Shown piece after piece: positions 38,600 to 51,030 of a stretch of 64,000 nt of DNA (position 1 is the first letter of the stretch; each line of letters begins with the position of its first letter). Source of the DNA: Anthoceros angustus (Eukaryota > Plantae > Anthocerotophyta); NCBI GenBank assembly GCA_010909165.1, contig MU008216.1:62001-126000 (forward strand), in the 5' to 3' direction. A program made the translations under genes and the position numbers. The notes below the pieces were generated by a model. That model was not told the origin of the DNA and did no database searches. It saw only the letters and a list, made by a program, of their open reading frames with translations.

Positions 38600-38850
38600 A
38601 CACTTTTTGTTAAGATTTGGACCCATGGATGTTATACTTATACTGCAATTTTGGGTTCATGTTACACTTTTTCAACCTCTTGTTCCAGTGAGGTTTGGAA
38701 ACTGTACCACGGCGTCGTTGCAATCGTGTTGCAATCTTGTTGCAATTATGTTGAGATGTAGTGAGAGGTGGTTTTGTCCCCCGTCTCAAAATTGCAACAA
38801 GTTGCAATATCCAAAGTGTTACTAAGAACTTCTTGTTACACTTTTCTAGT
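38600..38850 (+). mobile_element. Third hairpin + CTAG-T transposon terminus
   Basis: Cluster of TGTTGCAAT/ATTGCAACA motifs, an imperfect hairpin AAGTGTTACTAAGAA-C-TTCTTGTTACACTT, then TTCTAG|T. Confidence 0.55.
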
Positions 38851-39340
38851 CCTGGTACTAAACCTCCTCCCTATTTACGTTTTCTCTTGTTACTTGATTT
38901 TTAAGGATCACGTAGTTTGACTTTATACCTACTACCAATATGCCTACGGACAACTCTACAAATACATCACTTATGCCTATGTCCCCCTACGTATTATAAT
39001 ATTTGCCTAGACGGCTACCACTTTTCTCGTAATACATATGTTACATGGGTCATGTATGTATGTATATTGGCCCATACGTTTTGAGTGTATTATGTTTCAG
39101 TATCTATCGCGTGTACAAATACTCACGAACTCTGATTATCCAAAATTGCAAGACCGAAGTATTGTATACGTCACCTATATATTGTACGGCTGAATATGTT
39201 AGCAGTCTATATACATCTAAATATAAATCCATATATTTCAAAAATATGATATATTGATTATTTATTGTACTGTATACAAGTCGGCGCATCCGATCATTTA
39301 AAATTGTGTTTCCCATGCTCGTCTAAGCAAGATCCCGCCA

Positions 39341-39605
39341 TGCTGCCCATCACCTTCTTTAACATCACTAAACAGTGATGCATTAGCTTGGAAAATGCTG
39401 CCAATCACCTTTTCTAACGTCACTAAACAGAGCTTGAAAAAAGCAGCCCATCACCTTTCTCTAACGTCACTAAACAGAGCTTGAAAAAAGCAGCCCATCA
39501 CCTTTCTCTAACGTCACTAAACAGAGCTTGGAAAATGTTGCCCATCACCTTCTCTAATGTCACTAAACAGAGCTTGGAAAATGCTGCCCATTACCTTCTC
39601 TAACA
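39341..39605 (+). repeat. ~47-bp tandem monomers x6 upstream of LINE ORF1
   Basis: Unit GC(T/A)GCCCATCACCTT(T)CTCTAACGTCACTAAACAGAGCTTG(G/A)AAAA. Confidence 0.92.
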
Positions 39606-42600
39606 TCGCGCATTACCCTCACACGGTAGCAATTTGGCAGCACCGGTAACATCACTTTTTACCTTACGATCTCGTGAAACCTCAACCTTAGGGTCTGGTG
39701 GAGGGATAGCCCCGCCGATGGAGCGTTGAGCTCTATTTTAGGCGCAAATAAGTCGTTTTGCAGGCTGATATGGCTCCATTGGATGATGCATAAGCACCTA
39801 AAAAGTCTATAGTTAGAGTTGTGGAATCTTAAATGGCAACTTTGGACTCGAGGATTCACAGCCTCAAGGAGGGAGATTCTAGTATTGGGGAAAACTCATA
39901 CTTTGATGGAGACAATTGCTAGCTTGGAGGCAAAATTTGAAGATCTGTTTGCCAGACACTCGGATTTATCTAACAGGTTTGCCGCCCTCCAGACCGCCAA
40001 CGATTCCCTTCTCAGTGAATTGCAACAAACGCAAGAAGATGTTTTGAGCCTCAAAATGGGAACACCTTATCATAGACATCTCTTGACGCATTAAGAGGCA
40101 AAATGAATGTACAACAGGCTGATCTGAAGAAGTCTTTGGATGTGCTGACAGGGAAGATCTTTGAGCAGGCTATTATGATATCAAAGCATGCTGAGCTCAA
40201 GTCAATTCAAAATTCTAACGGGGCTCACACGGCTGACCTCCCTAGCCTTCTAGAGAAAGAGGAGATTATTATTGAAGACAAGTTGAGTACCTCAATCTGT
40301 GAAGGCATGTCCAAAAGTGATGAGGTCCTTTAAGAATTGTAGGATAGGCCCAATATTAATGCAATTCCCGTCCGTTCATTTGTCGCCGTCACGGCTGCAA
40401 CAAACTCCACCACTATTAGTGCTACTAGTTCAGAGTCTCTCGACCATGATAAGCAATCTTGGAACCTTGTATTACAAGAATTTCAAGAACTACTCCAGAG
40501 TCTAGTATAAGGGATTTTTTGAAAGATGTTATCAAGGTCAATGTTCGGTTTCAACATGCTTGGAGAGTCGGTAAGGACCACTCTCAGCCTCAAACTTATA
40601 TTGTCCGTTTTTTTACTTTGGAGAACAAATTGCTTGTGCTACATGCATGTACTAACTTGAAAGGCCATGATGTTTTTGTCAATCCTGACCTTACCACTCC
40701 CCAACGGGAATGCAAGAAGCAGTTGTTGATCGATTGTAAGAAGGCAAAGTCTGAGGGTATGGTGGCTGATTTCATTGATGATGAGTTGGTTATCTGGGAA
40801 CCTAAGTGTGCCGAGGCCCCCCCCCCTATAGGGATGCGAGGGCCGTGGCGGTGTCCTCCGCCTGGCTTCTTGGAACTACAATGGTTCTATCAATCTCCAT
40901 CCTGGCAGAGTGCTTCACCTGCTCACAGGCCGAGATAGCCGAGATTTTTTGTTTCTGTCTGAGACTCATGAGCATCATACTCGTCCTCTTTTAAATTAGC
41001 CCATTTCCAGATATAGGTGTCTCTCTACTTTGAGACATCATGTCTCCAACAACTCTTTTTAGGCTTTAGGGGGTATTGCTTGCTATTTTTGGGAGTCCTT
41101 GGCAACTTCTATTTCCCTTGTTCGGCATGACAAGCTTAGCTCCGTTCTTTGGATCTGAATTACTGCTATCCTTTTCTCCTCTCAACGTGACATTTATGTT
41201 GGCGCCTATTACTTCCCTCCAAGGTCCTCCTTATATGACCAGAGCGGCAACCCATATGCGGATCTCTCTGAGTCTATTTCTGAGTTTTCCTCTATTGCTA
41301 ACAATCTTCTCGTGGGGCACTTGAATGCTTAGGTCAGCAGGCTGCTATTTATGATTCCTCATGTTTTGATAGATTCTCTCCGCTCGACCCTATCGACCTT
41401 GGCCTCAATGAGTATTCCTCCGACATTCATCCATTAAACTCTCATGGTGCTACTCTTTTGCGCCTCGCTTAGTCGCACAACATGGTCCTTTTCGACAGAC
41501 TCCCCTGTTGCCGGACACAACAAGTAATTCTTTTTTCAACAGCGACGGTCTCTCTTCTAGCACGGTAGACTATGTTATCGGTGACGTCGGGCTTCTCTCG
41601 CCTATCTGTAAGCTGTGGACATATACACCATGCTGCTAACTATTTTGATCTCCGTACCTCTGCCTCCCCTCCCTCTCCTCCTACCCATGGTCTCACCACC
41701 GGATTCACCTTTTCCCTTGACCTTGCACCCCAATTCTTCCGCTGGCTCCATTCCTCCCTTACTTCCATCCTCCCCTACCTCTCCTTTCTTTGTTGGGCTA
41801 CCACTTCCTCTTTTGCTAACCTCTCCTCTGCTCGCTCCACTTTTCCTTTCAAATTTTGTCGCCCTTCTCGCAAAAACCAATTCCCTCGCCATCCTTGGTT
41901 TGACGCCAATTGTAAGCGTATGCGCTCTCAATTGCATCTCTCCTTGCGCCAGCTTCACCTCCCTCTTGAGTCTCATCATTCTCCTCTCTACAAAGCTACT
42001 ATTAAACCTTTACTCTCTATGAAAAAAGTCCCCATTCCTCCAACCTCCCTGCTTTGAACATTCCCAGGTGAATTTGCCTTCTAGAATGAATTCCATACCC
42101 ACTCCCCCATCCTTCTCAAAGCCCCTGAGCTCCTCTCCTATGTTGATGGTCTCTACCACTCTGCCCTCCCTGTCCCCGGTTCCTTTGACCCCGGCCTCAA
42201 GTTCTTCAATGCCAATCTCGTGGCCCGTGCTATCAAGAAGCTTAGAAGTGGTACTGTTTCGGACCCAACCGCTATCCCGAGAGATTTATTCCGTTTTGCT
42301 AACCCAGTCTTCCTTTCTTCTCATCACTTTGGACAATATTTTTACCCTTAGGACTATTGTTGATGAGGATTGAAATTTCTAAAGATGTTCTCACATCTGT
42401 GGCATGCTGTTAGCCTTCTCTACAAGAGTGTTTATGCTCAAATCCAAACTCTCCGTGGTTTGTCTACTCACGAGATTCTTATTCAGCTTAGCGTCCGTGA
42501 GGGTGACCCTTTGTTCCCAAATCTTTTTGGGTTGTATAATGACGAGCTCGAAGAGTGCCTAGTGGTCCTAGTGCTCGCCTCTTCCTCGAGAATATTCTTA

Positions 42601-42960
42601 TCCTCTTTGATGCTGATGATATTATTCTTTTCTCACATACCCCGAAGGGCTTGCAAAAGCAACTCCATGTTTTATCTAACTTTTGCAAAGCCAAGGGTCT
42701 CTTTGTCAATGTGTGCAAGACCAAGATCATGCGGTTCAAGTCATGGAATTACAAGGTAGAGTGCAAATCATGATGCTCAAGAGATGGAGATGGTCCACTC
42801 TTATATGTATCTCGGTGTCGCTATTTTTGGCCCCAAGTTCAACCAGACCTATTATGCCTCTTCTTGCGCTACTAAAGTGATGAGCTCTGTTTGTGCTTTA
42901 CACCATGCTTTCTACAAGATGAATATTCAGGATATCAACCTTTAGAAGCCGCTTTTAACA
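39341..42960 (+). mobile_element. Degenerate LINE, 5' part (ORF1 coiled-coil + RRM-like; ORF2 APE endonuclease + RT with an internal deletion)
   Basis: ORF1 fragments at 39906-40860 (AWRVGK...IVRF...VFVNPDLT). APE motifs SWNYNG (~40866), LSETH (~40956), G-LNA (~41317), STVDY (~41559). RT motifs VREGDPLFPNLFGLY (~42493), ADD (~42613), YMYLG (~42802). Confidence 0.88.
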
Positions 42961-44699
42961 ACGTCTATGTAGAAAGGGGTTTCTCCTGAAACCTCTTTTT
43001 GCACACGGACGTGGCGGACCCTTTTTTGCACTTGAAAAAATCCGCACTTTAATCAGCCTTTTTGGTATTTCTCTACAGACATGTCACCCGCAACATTTTG
43101 AATAATTGTTTTGATACACGTTATTTGAGATTGTAGATCGCAAGTACGTGGCAAAAACCTAAAGTCCCATTCTCGTTCGGCTTTTTCTTTCAAATTGGAC
43201 ATACTGCATGAAACTTATGCTTACATCTAAATGGTCTCAACACCGTATACACGTGTACGACGATACAAAGCGTTTAGAGTTTTTAGGGCTTGTTGCAGTG
43301 CAGTGCGCAAACTTGTTTGCGCACTTCATTCATACCAATCAATCCTAAGACTATACTCTCGCTTTGGGAATTTTACAGGACTGGGTTTTTTAGACATTGG
43401 GACAATAATATCTTCGTTGACCTGATGCTCTTGATCCGCGTGCAGTGCGAGAATGAGAGTGACATGCTCTACACTTGGAGCTGGGCCCACGCCAAACATC
43501 TCAAGATTCTAAAGATGCAAAAGGTTCTCACTACTAGTTCAAAGTTTTAACCACTAGAAAAAAGATGAGGGCTAAGTAAAGATAAGAACATATCTACGTT
43601 AGGGAGGTGCACAAAAAAGGTTGAAAACGTCGAAAGGAACCCTTTAAAATAAAATATATATATAAAAATACCAAAAAAATCACAAAAATATCAACATTTT
43701 AGGGCAAGTGTGCGCACTTGCCTCAAAGAATTTTAATATTTTTTAGGATTTTTTTGGGATTTTTTAGATTTTTTGCTCCTTTTTTCTTTGGATGAACCGT
43801 CTGTGAATGTACTAAGAGGCATGAACCATATGGGTTCATGCTCCTAGAACCTTCTTGACCTTGGGTGCATGCATTTGTGCGCGCACTTGGGCCCCTTGCC
43901 CCCTGATGCATGCACTTGTTCACAAAGCTGGGCCCCCCTGGCATGTTTGATGATAACCCGGTACTAGGTCACCGTCGAAAGAGACGGAAACACCGTAAAG
44001 GATAAAAAGGGGATTATAGGGTATTCTTCGTTGCATTAGGGTAGGATAGATATATGAGAGCGGTGTAGGTGTACCTCCGCCGATGTCTGCTACTTGTTAT
44101 TTTGTCGGGAGTTCTGGGGCACTAGCATGGTTTGGTGATACACTTTAGTACCATGTGGCTTGGGACACTTGGTTACTTTGCAAAGAATAGAGAGATGTGA
44201 GAGGGTGACTTTAAGTTTTCAGTAAAATAATATTTCACTATATTTTAGTTTCACTTTTATATACTTTTACGTTTGCTATTATTTACTTTAACTTACTTTA
44301 CTTTTACTTCAGATCTCTGTTTTTATCCGGTGGTAAGTCAACCCGCCGCTTACCCCAATTTCGACCTTACGCGTGGGCGCACTCTCTATTGCCATCCGGG
44401 CTCGGTGTTGAGTTGATCCTTCGCCACGAGCGGCTGGATGCAATCTCCTGCACTTGCTCGCCCACATCCGGCCGACAGTCGCACACACTCCGCGGGCTCA
44501 GAAGTTCGCGTGCTCGAGCTCTGGTTGTTGTAATCAACCCTTTGTGCTGCATTGTGAGCTATGTGGGGCTTCTTATAGGAGCCCTCCCTTCCCTTCTGTG
44601 CAGAACGCGGGCTCCCCACATGCAAGATCGAGCTGCGGCGGCTGGAATCAGCAGTTTTGTTTGTGCAGTTTTGAAGGTAATGTGCCTTGTGTGTGGCAA

Positions 44700-46320
44700 T
44701 CAGTGTTTTGCGGCTTCTGAGGCTTGCTTTACGCTCTTGTGTGCACATGTGCGAGTGCAGGGCTGTGAGATCTTTGTCGCGTGAGGTCTTGGCCTTGGAG
44801 TGGGTGCGTGCGGCTTCTCATTGTCTGTGGTGTCATCAAGAACTTGAGCCGGCTTAACGGTCTTGTGTGGACATGTGCATGCTCTAGGTCTTTGGGCGTG
44901 TGAGGGTGCTCCGATGGGTGCCAGTGCAGCTCCTTTGATCATTCCTTGTGTTCAATGTCACGGTGAAGGACTTGAGCACAGTAATGCTCTTGTGTGCACA
45001 TGTGCGAGTGCAGGGCTGTGAGATGTTGTGCGTGAGGGTGCTGGCCTTGGAGTGGGTGCCGGCGGCTCCTTGTCTATGGTGTCCTCGAAGAACTTGAGCC
45101 GGCTTAATGCAAATGTGTGCACATGTCTGCGGCTCAGCGTGTCTTTGGGCGTGTGAGGTGCTCTAGTGGGTGCAGTGCGGCTCATCATTCCTTGTGTGCA
45201 ATGTTACGGTGAAGGACTTGAGCTGAATAATGCTCTTGTGTGCACATGTGCAGTGCTAGGCTTGTGAGGTGGTGGCATTGTGATTTTGTTGGAGTGGGTG
45301 CCGATGTGCGGCTTCTCCTTGTGTCGATCTTGAGTGAAGAACTTGAGCACGCTGCGGTCTTGTGTGCACATGTGCGAGGTTACAGGTGGTCTTTGGGCGT
45401 GTGAGGTCTTGGCCTTGGAGTGGGTGCCGAGGTGCGGCTTCTCGATCACTCTGTGTGTGTCAGTGAAGAACTTGAGGCTTAATGCAAATGTGTGTGTGGC
45501 AATCGTGTTTTGCGAGGCTTGCTACGCTCTTGTGTGCACATGTGCGAGTGCAGGGCTGTGAGATCTTTGTGCGGCGTGAGGTCTTGGCCTTGGAGTGGGT
45601 GCAGTGCGGCTTCTCATTGTCTGTGGTGTCATCAAGAACTTGAGCACGGTCTTGTGTGGACATGTGCATGCTCTAGTGAGGTCTTTGGGCGTGTGAGGGT
45701 GCTCCGATGGGTGAGGTGCGGCTCCTTTGATCATTCCTTGTGTTCAATGTCACGGTGAAGGACTTGAGCGAGTAATGCTCTTGTGTGCACATGTGCGGGA
45801 TCGGGGCGTGAGATGTTGTGCGTGAGGTCTTGGCCTTGGAGTGGGTGTGCGGCTTCTCCTTGTCTATGGTGTCCAGAAGAACTTGAGCCGGCTTAACGGT
45901 CTTGTGTGGACATGTCAGCTCAGGGGGCGTGAGGTCTTGGGGCGTGTGAGGGTGCTCTAGTGGGTGCCGAGGTGCGGCTCCTTTGATCATTCCTTGTGTG
46001 CAATGTTACATGAAGGACTTGAGCTGAATAATGCTCTTGTGTGCACATGTGCACAGTGCTAGGCTTGTGAGGTGGTGGCATTGTGATTTTGTTGGAGTGG
46101 GTGCCGATGTCGCTTCTCCTTGTGTCTTGATGTGAGTGAAGAACTTGAGCACGCTGCGGTCTTGTGTGCACATGTCTGCGGGTTGGAGGTCTTTGGGCGT
46201 GTGAGGGTGCTGGCCTTGGAGTGGGTGCCGAGGTGCGGCTTCTCATTGTCTGTGGTGTCAAGAACTTGAGCGGCTTAATGCAAATGTGTGCACATTTGCA
46301 GGTATCTGGAGTGGGTGCTG
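44700..46320. repeat. Mosaic satellite built from shuffled modules (~125/250-bp periodicity)
   Basis: Recurrent modules GCTCTTGTGTGCACATGTGC, GGCCTTGGAGTGGGTG, CGGCTTCTC, AAGAACTTGAGC and GTCTTTGGGCGTGTGAGG. Confidence 0.92.
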
Positions 46321-46343
46321 AGGTGCTCAGGTGTTGGAGTGAC

Positions 46344-47039
46344 ATGGCTTCCTCTGATGAGGAGGAGACATTAGGCATCTCAAGGAATCAAAAGCGTGCC
46401 CTCAAAAACATGTTGAGCCGCTCACAGCGTGTGAGTCGAGCCTTGGAGGCAATGCCAAAGTGGAAGCGTTCCGCCTGGTCTTGGCATGAAGGAGACTACA
46501 ACTTGCGGGTGGAAGGAGTGGATGTTCGCCAAAGCAAGTTGCAGCAAGGTTTGAGGGAGGCAGTGGGCGGCCAGGACGTGCTTACCCTCTGGTTTGGGGT
46601 AACTGGAACAGGTAATGATGCTTATGGGTGGAAGGGATCGGATAAGTCGGACAAGGAGTGGAGAAACATCGGCGACTTGGTTTTCAAGATATAAAGCGAG
46701 TTAGTCTTGGGGCGGAAGATCCCTAGGTTGATGGCCATTGGCATCCTTGTTGAGAAAAAGCTGCACAGGTCTGTCAGTTGGCTGGCCTATGCACAGAAAA
46801 CTAATGAGGTAAAGGCCTCCAAGCACAAGAAATGTGAGGACATGGAGAAGGATAAGAAAGTGCACAAGGAGAAGGAGACCCCTGGATCACATGGCCCTAT
46901 GACGAGGTCACAGAGCAAGGGGAAGGGCAAGAAGGCTGTGTTGGGGCCAGTGTCCTCGGACTCTCGAGGACCAGTGATGAGGTTAGCAGTGGCCGTGGAG
47001 AGCAAGACCAAAGGAGGACTTGCATGCACGGGAGCGTGA
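46344..47039 (+). pseudogene. Transposon cargo ORF of unknown function, one in-frame stop (46692-46694)
   Basis: ORFs 46164-46694 and 46707-47039 share a frame and read as globular protein (MASSDEEE...GTGNDAYGW...VSWLAYAQKTN) followed by a Lys-rich tail. Confidence 0.55.
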
Positions 47040-47663
47040 GCAAGAATGTAATACCGAAGAGGAGGTTGATGTCATAGCTGCGGCTGAGGAGGACGGAAAC
47101 CATGCAGGTCCCGAAGCGGAGGATGTAGAAACGGAGACAGGTGCAATGTCAGGTGGGTTTTTCTTATAGTTTTAGATTCCCTGCGGTTTGTTCCCTGGTT
47201 TTCGCATCCATCACGTTTAACAGGTTTTGAGCTTGATTTATGTGAGCTTGCTCTTATTGATTGCATAGAGGGAGCAACAAGCTTGACAAGTTCTTTGCTG
47301 GTCTTGACTTAGCCTCAGTCTTGTAAAGTTCACTTACAAGCTTGCTAAGCGTATCTTTGTTTGTGTGAGCTTGGTGTTTTCGTGGATTCGAGATAGACTC
47401 TTGCGGTAGCTCAATTGTGAGGATTCTTCACGGAGGGAGGGAGGAGAGGGGCCTCATGGGCATTCCGACATCTATCCGTGCGGTTTGGCGGGGGGCCACT
47501 GGGCACATCAACACCTAGTGGTGTCTTGTCATGTCATGTTCGCATGTAGTGTGCTTGTCATGTCGTCATCCTTATGCGTCCGTCATGCATGGCGGGTGGT
47601 GATACGGTGGCGTCTTAGTGTGGGCGGTTTCTTGATCGTCGTGTATTCACGCGGTGGAAGTGA

Positions 47664-47938
47664 CATTTGTTCATCTTGTCATGTCACGTTACGTAAGCAT
47701 TTGTTCATCATCTCATCGTGTCACGTTGTGCACTGTGGGCATTTGTTCATCATCGTGTCACGTTGTACTGTAGGCATCTGCTTGTCATCATCTCACGTTG
47801 TGCACACTGGGCAATTGTTCATCTTGTCATCATGTCACTTTGTGCACTTGTGGGCATTTGTTCATCTGTCATCATGTCACGTTGTGCACTGGGCATTTGT
47901 TCATCATCATCATGTCACGTTGTGCACTGTGGGCATTT
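47664..47938. repeat. ~36-41-bp minisatellite x7
   Basis: Unit CATTTGTTCATC...TGTCACGTTGTGCACTGTGGG. Confidence 0.9.
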
Positions 47939-49779
47939 CTCCGCCGTCATGTTGTCATGGACATCTTAATGCTGATGCCATTGTTATTATGTGACATTGT
48001 GGACACATGTGCAGCTATTCATGCTGGCATTCTGTCACATTTTTGGACCTGTGGGCACTTTCTCATCTTGTCTTCTTGGGTGGCATGGTGGACATGTTAG
48101 CATTTCCTCAAGTTGTCGTGTGCACACTTGTTTTCGTGTGTAGGCTGGGATACGCTAGAGTTGCACACAAAGATCAAAACGCAACTGGTGGAAGACCTCA
48201 TCTCCTTGTCGAAGCAAGAGACCAGGCTGTCGGTGATTGCAAGCGAGGAGACAAGCAACCTTGCAGCAGCAAAAATTGCTCTAGGGAGCTCACAGCGCGC
48301 CCTTGGCGCAATCTGCTATAACAAGGAGGTGCGGTTATGTGGAGCGTCATCAACTTCATACTCACAGGCACCTAATTATGTCGTCCTTTGCGGTAGAAGA
48401 TGCACATGTTGCTCGTGTCCGTGTGCGTGCAACGGAGGCGGCGGACAATCGAGAGCCAACAACAAAAGCGTGACGCCCTCAGCACGTGTCAGCGGAGGAT
48501 TTACATGATGCCTTTGGCCGCATACATAGCTTGACGCTCAAGAAAGAAAGGACTCCTCAATGGATTCCAGCCCTTCTTACACTAGCGAATGTAGCCCTCC
48601 GGATCACGAAGTCTGCGTGTGCACAGTACTTCGTATATGCATGCCTTGTTTTGTGTCGAGATCTATTCCATGCATCTAAGCGCAATTGGTTTTGTGGTGC
48701 TATGTAGGGATTCGGATGCTATGACTTTGTTTTCCTCCCTTGTGGGCCTTTTTTCACGATGTATGCCTCTACCAACATGTCGGTCGGGTGACTGCCCCAA
48801 TCCTTGTTCTCTTCAAGTCCCCCGTGGTTGCAGGCCAAGGGTTGGCCATTCACTAGTGGAGTCCAACGGATGCACAGGAGCGTGACCCGAGCGAGTGGAC
48901 GAGCATTATCATGGTACTGCAGAATTCCACATCATGGAGCACCGTTTGGAAGAATTGTTGGGGGCGGTCGCAGATAGTGCCCTGGTGACTCACATAAGAA
49001 GGCGGTTCATGAGTCTCACAGTTAGTAGTGCTCTAAGGTTGTTGCTTTGCATGGAAAAGCTATATGGACCTTTGTGCTAGCAATTCGCTTGTCCCTAGGC
49101 ACATATAGTAGGCTGCCTGTCCTCGCTTGGCGGTGCGGCGTTGATCACACCACCACGTGGGCGGCCACCTATCCCAAAGCGATTCATTGCCCTGTTGGCC
49201 AATGCACAACTATGTCATGGAATCGCGGATCTGGTGGTCCCTGTGTCTCAAACCAGATTGAGTCCTGGTGAGGCACGCACTACAGTGCAATGTGGCCGCG
49301 TGTTGGCCCACTCATGTGGCGATCCAGTGATGTCATGTTTGGGGTTGGCTCCTTTGGTTGATGCAGATGCCTCTCACGTGGCGACTTCTTTGTTTTCAGC
49401 CCCGATTTTGATTCCACTCCATGGGTGGGTCAGTTGGTGGTGTGCCACAAGGTGGGCACCCATGTGTGGCCGTCGGTGAAGGAGGATACCGGTTTTTCTA
49501 CAGAGGATACCCGAGGATACCGTGCGGTGGACACCCACCTTGTGCATGATGATGAAACTAGGCATCAAGAATGACACACGGCTTGTGCGCAGACACGCAA
49601 CACTGTAGAACTTGTGCCGTCGTGTGGAAGTGACCACGGATGCAAGAAGATGAGGTGGAGGTGCCCGGCAAGGATGGGGAGGGCGTGACCACTATGGCGG
49701 TGGCTTTGCAGTGGTATGGATGTGGCCACTTGTCTTTGGTGTTCCAATGGCCGATTCTCTGCGGTGAAGCGGCCACTAT

Positions 49780-50271
49780 GTGTCGAGCCACCATGAAGTG
49801 GCTATTGTCATTCATAAGGATGCGGAGAAATCGCCACTTCAAGCATGCTACGAAGTGGTGGAGGTATCTGGTGGACGACGTCAGTCTTTGCGTAGAAAAG
49901 GCAAGCCGGAGCAGACTCCAGGAACTTTGAAACGGAAGGGTGCCTCCAAGTCCGGGAGACCAGGGCGTCCCAAGAAAGCTTCACAAAGTGCCATGGTGGA
50001 ACAACCGGCAGGTTTGGAATTTGGTGCAGCGTCCCCATGTGCAGGAGATAACTTCATGGTGCGTTCGAGGCCTGGTAATAAAGAGAAAGTCCTCTGGTAT
50101 GTATTGCGTTGCACAGAGCCCATGGTCACATTAGCTGTGCAAACTGAAGATCCAGCGTGGGGTGGTGAGATTTTTGCAGCAGGTGAAAAGGTTGTGAAAG
50201 GTTACTACTATGAGCGGTGCCCTCGACAAAGTGCCTACCGACTCGGATTCGAGCCACGTGGTGACCCATAA
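49780..50271 (+). pseudogene. Cargo gene fragment with a basic NLS/AT-hook-like stretch and a domain homologous to the transposase C-terminus
   Basis: KRKG...GRPGRPKK followed by GDNFMV...WYVLRCT...W...FAAGEKVVKGYYY, matching GDNFLV...FYLLTCT...W...FQAGEEVVVGQYY at 58370-58535 (-). Confidence 0.7.
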
Positions 50272-50479
50272 TGCTTGAGGCATCGACCACAAAGTTTCCA
50301 ATGGTAGCTATTCCGGGGCCAATGAGAAGAACAAGAACACTCCGACTTTGGCTCTCTGCTGGATATAGAACATGGTTGGATCAAGTTGTGGCGACATAGC
50401 GTAAAGGGAGGGGTCCTGCAAAATATACATGGGCTTGCTTTGTTCTTAGTCCACAGTGGTCACTTTTTGTCAAGGGTTG

Positions 50480-51030
50480 TAGACATGTGTAGGATGCTGT
50501 GGATGGACAGTATTAATGTGCAAGCATCCATAATTGGCATAGATGTGAATCCTTGCACTTTTGACAATCATGTTACTTGTGGGAGAATGCACTGGTTTTG
50601 TGGGTCCTGTGAAGCAATTCTCCGTTTGTAGTTCTTAGCGTTGGGAGGAAGCTACCGGTTGTAATTGCTCAATTACGAGCAAACCCGGACTTCGCGAGAA
50701 AGAGGGCCTCGGATGGTCTCTGAAACAATGCCTCGAGTCGATCCGTTCAATGCTCGTGGCGGACACATATACAATTCCAATGACACGATTAGTTTAATGA
50801 CACACGGCCATGTAGACATTTTGTGATGAACACACAACAAAGGCGGGCTCTGCAGAACCAGCTTTAACATGAAACCAAAGATCCAAAATATGCCACACCA
50901 CCGATTTCACATGCCACCCTCGTGGCCCAAAGTATGTAATGTACAATGCCACAAAACAAGCATCAAGGGATGCCTCCGCCATCCACCCATTGTCACACAA
51001 CCTATCTAGTGTCGTGGATGTGCGAGCCAG
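50480..51030 (-). pseudogene. Probable Ulp1/C48 SUMO-protease relic
   Basis: Ordered but frameshifted motifs: L..L...GWMAEASLDACFVAL (WLND..ID-like), HWNCICV, IERIDS and PQ...DC. Confidence 0.45.

Noticed and set aside
43951-44370. Solo LTR starting TGATAACCCGG
   Set aside because: No convincing CA end or TSD could be identified.
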